Below are positions 17,449 to 17,461 of a DNA stretch of 17,461 nucleotides, piece after piece. The notes beneath the pieces were generated by a model. That model ran no database searches and was not told where the DNA came from. It worked only from the letters and a program-made list of their open reading frames with translations. The stretch is taken from contig JBDIWJ010000038.1 in NCBI GenBank assembly GCA_039638295.1, forward strand, positions 1 through 17,461. The letters are read 5' to 3'. The stretch is from Candidatus Phoenicimicrobium oleiphilum (GTDB lineage Bacteria; Atribacterota; Phoenicimicrobiia; Phoenicimicrobiales; Phoenicimicrobiaceae). How positions within the stretch are numbered: position 1 is the stretch's first letter; each line of letters starts with the position of its first letter. Made by a program: the position numbers and the translations under genes.

Positions 17449-17461
17449 TATTTGTTCTTTG

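Larger units (their letters stand above)
1..17461. mobile_element. Plasmid-like, probably integrative or circularisable element with lysis genes
   Basis: Rep plus iterons, ParA partition module, serine recombinase, Prim-Pol, holin and peptidase; inverted 18-bp repeat arrays at both ends; no intact housekeeping genes. Confidence 0.8.

Noticed and set aside
1..17461. Tn7/CAST-type transposon
   Set aside because: No tns or cas genes and no terminal TGT...ACA at the expected distance from the repeats.

Overview
AT-rich 17.5 kb window that looks like one nearly complete, probably circularisable mobile element. It is bounded by inverted arrays of an 18-bp motif (2 copies at the left end, 3 at the right). 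The backbone is plasmid-like: RepA-type initiator with 22-bp iterons and AT-rich 9-mers, ParA plus a small RHH-type adaptor with an 8-bp-periodic centromere-like array, an excisionase-like HTH protein, a short serine recombinase and a second, Prim-Pol-type replication gene. A phage-like holin, M15 peptidase and YvrJ block lies at the right end. A DUF1659 and DUF2922 pair lies at the left end and would sit directly upstream of the lysis block if the ends are joined. No capsid, terminase, tail or conjugation genes are recognisable. Cargo includes an integron-like attI plus two attC gene cassettes with no integrase gene, a roughly 1.05 kb densely base-paired non-coding region, a C-R-M type II restriction-modification module flanked by 30-bp direct repeats, and a secreted PLD-HhH nuclease. 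All family assignments come from motif recognition by eye, not from database searches.
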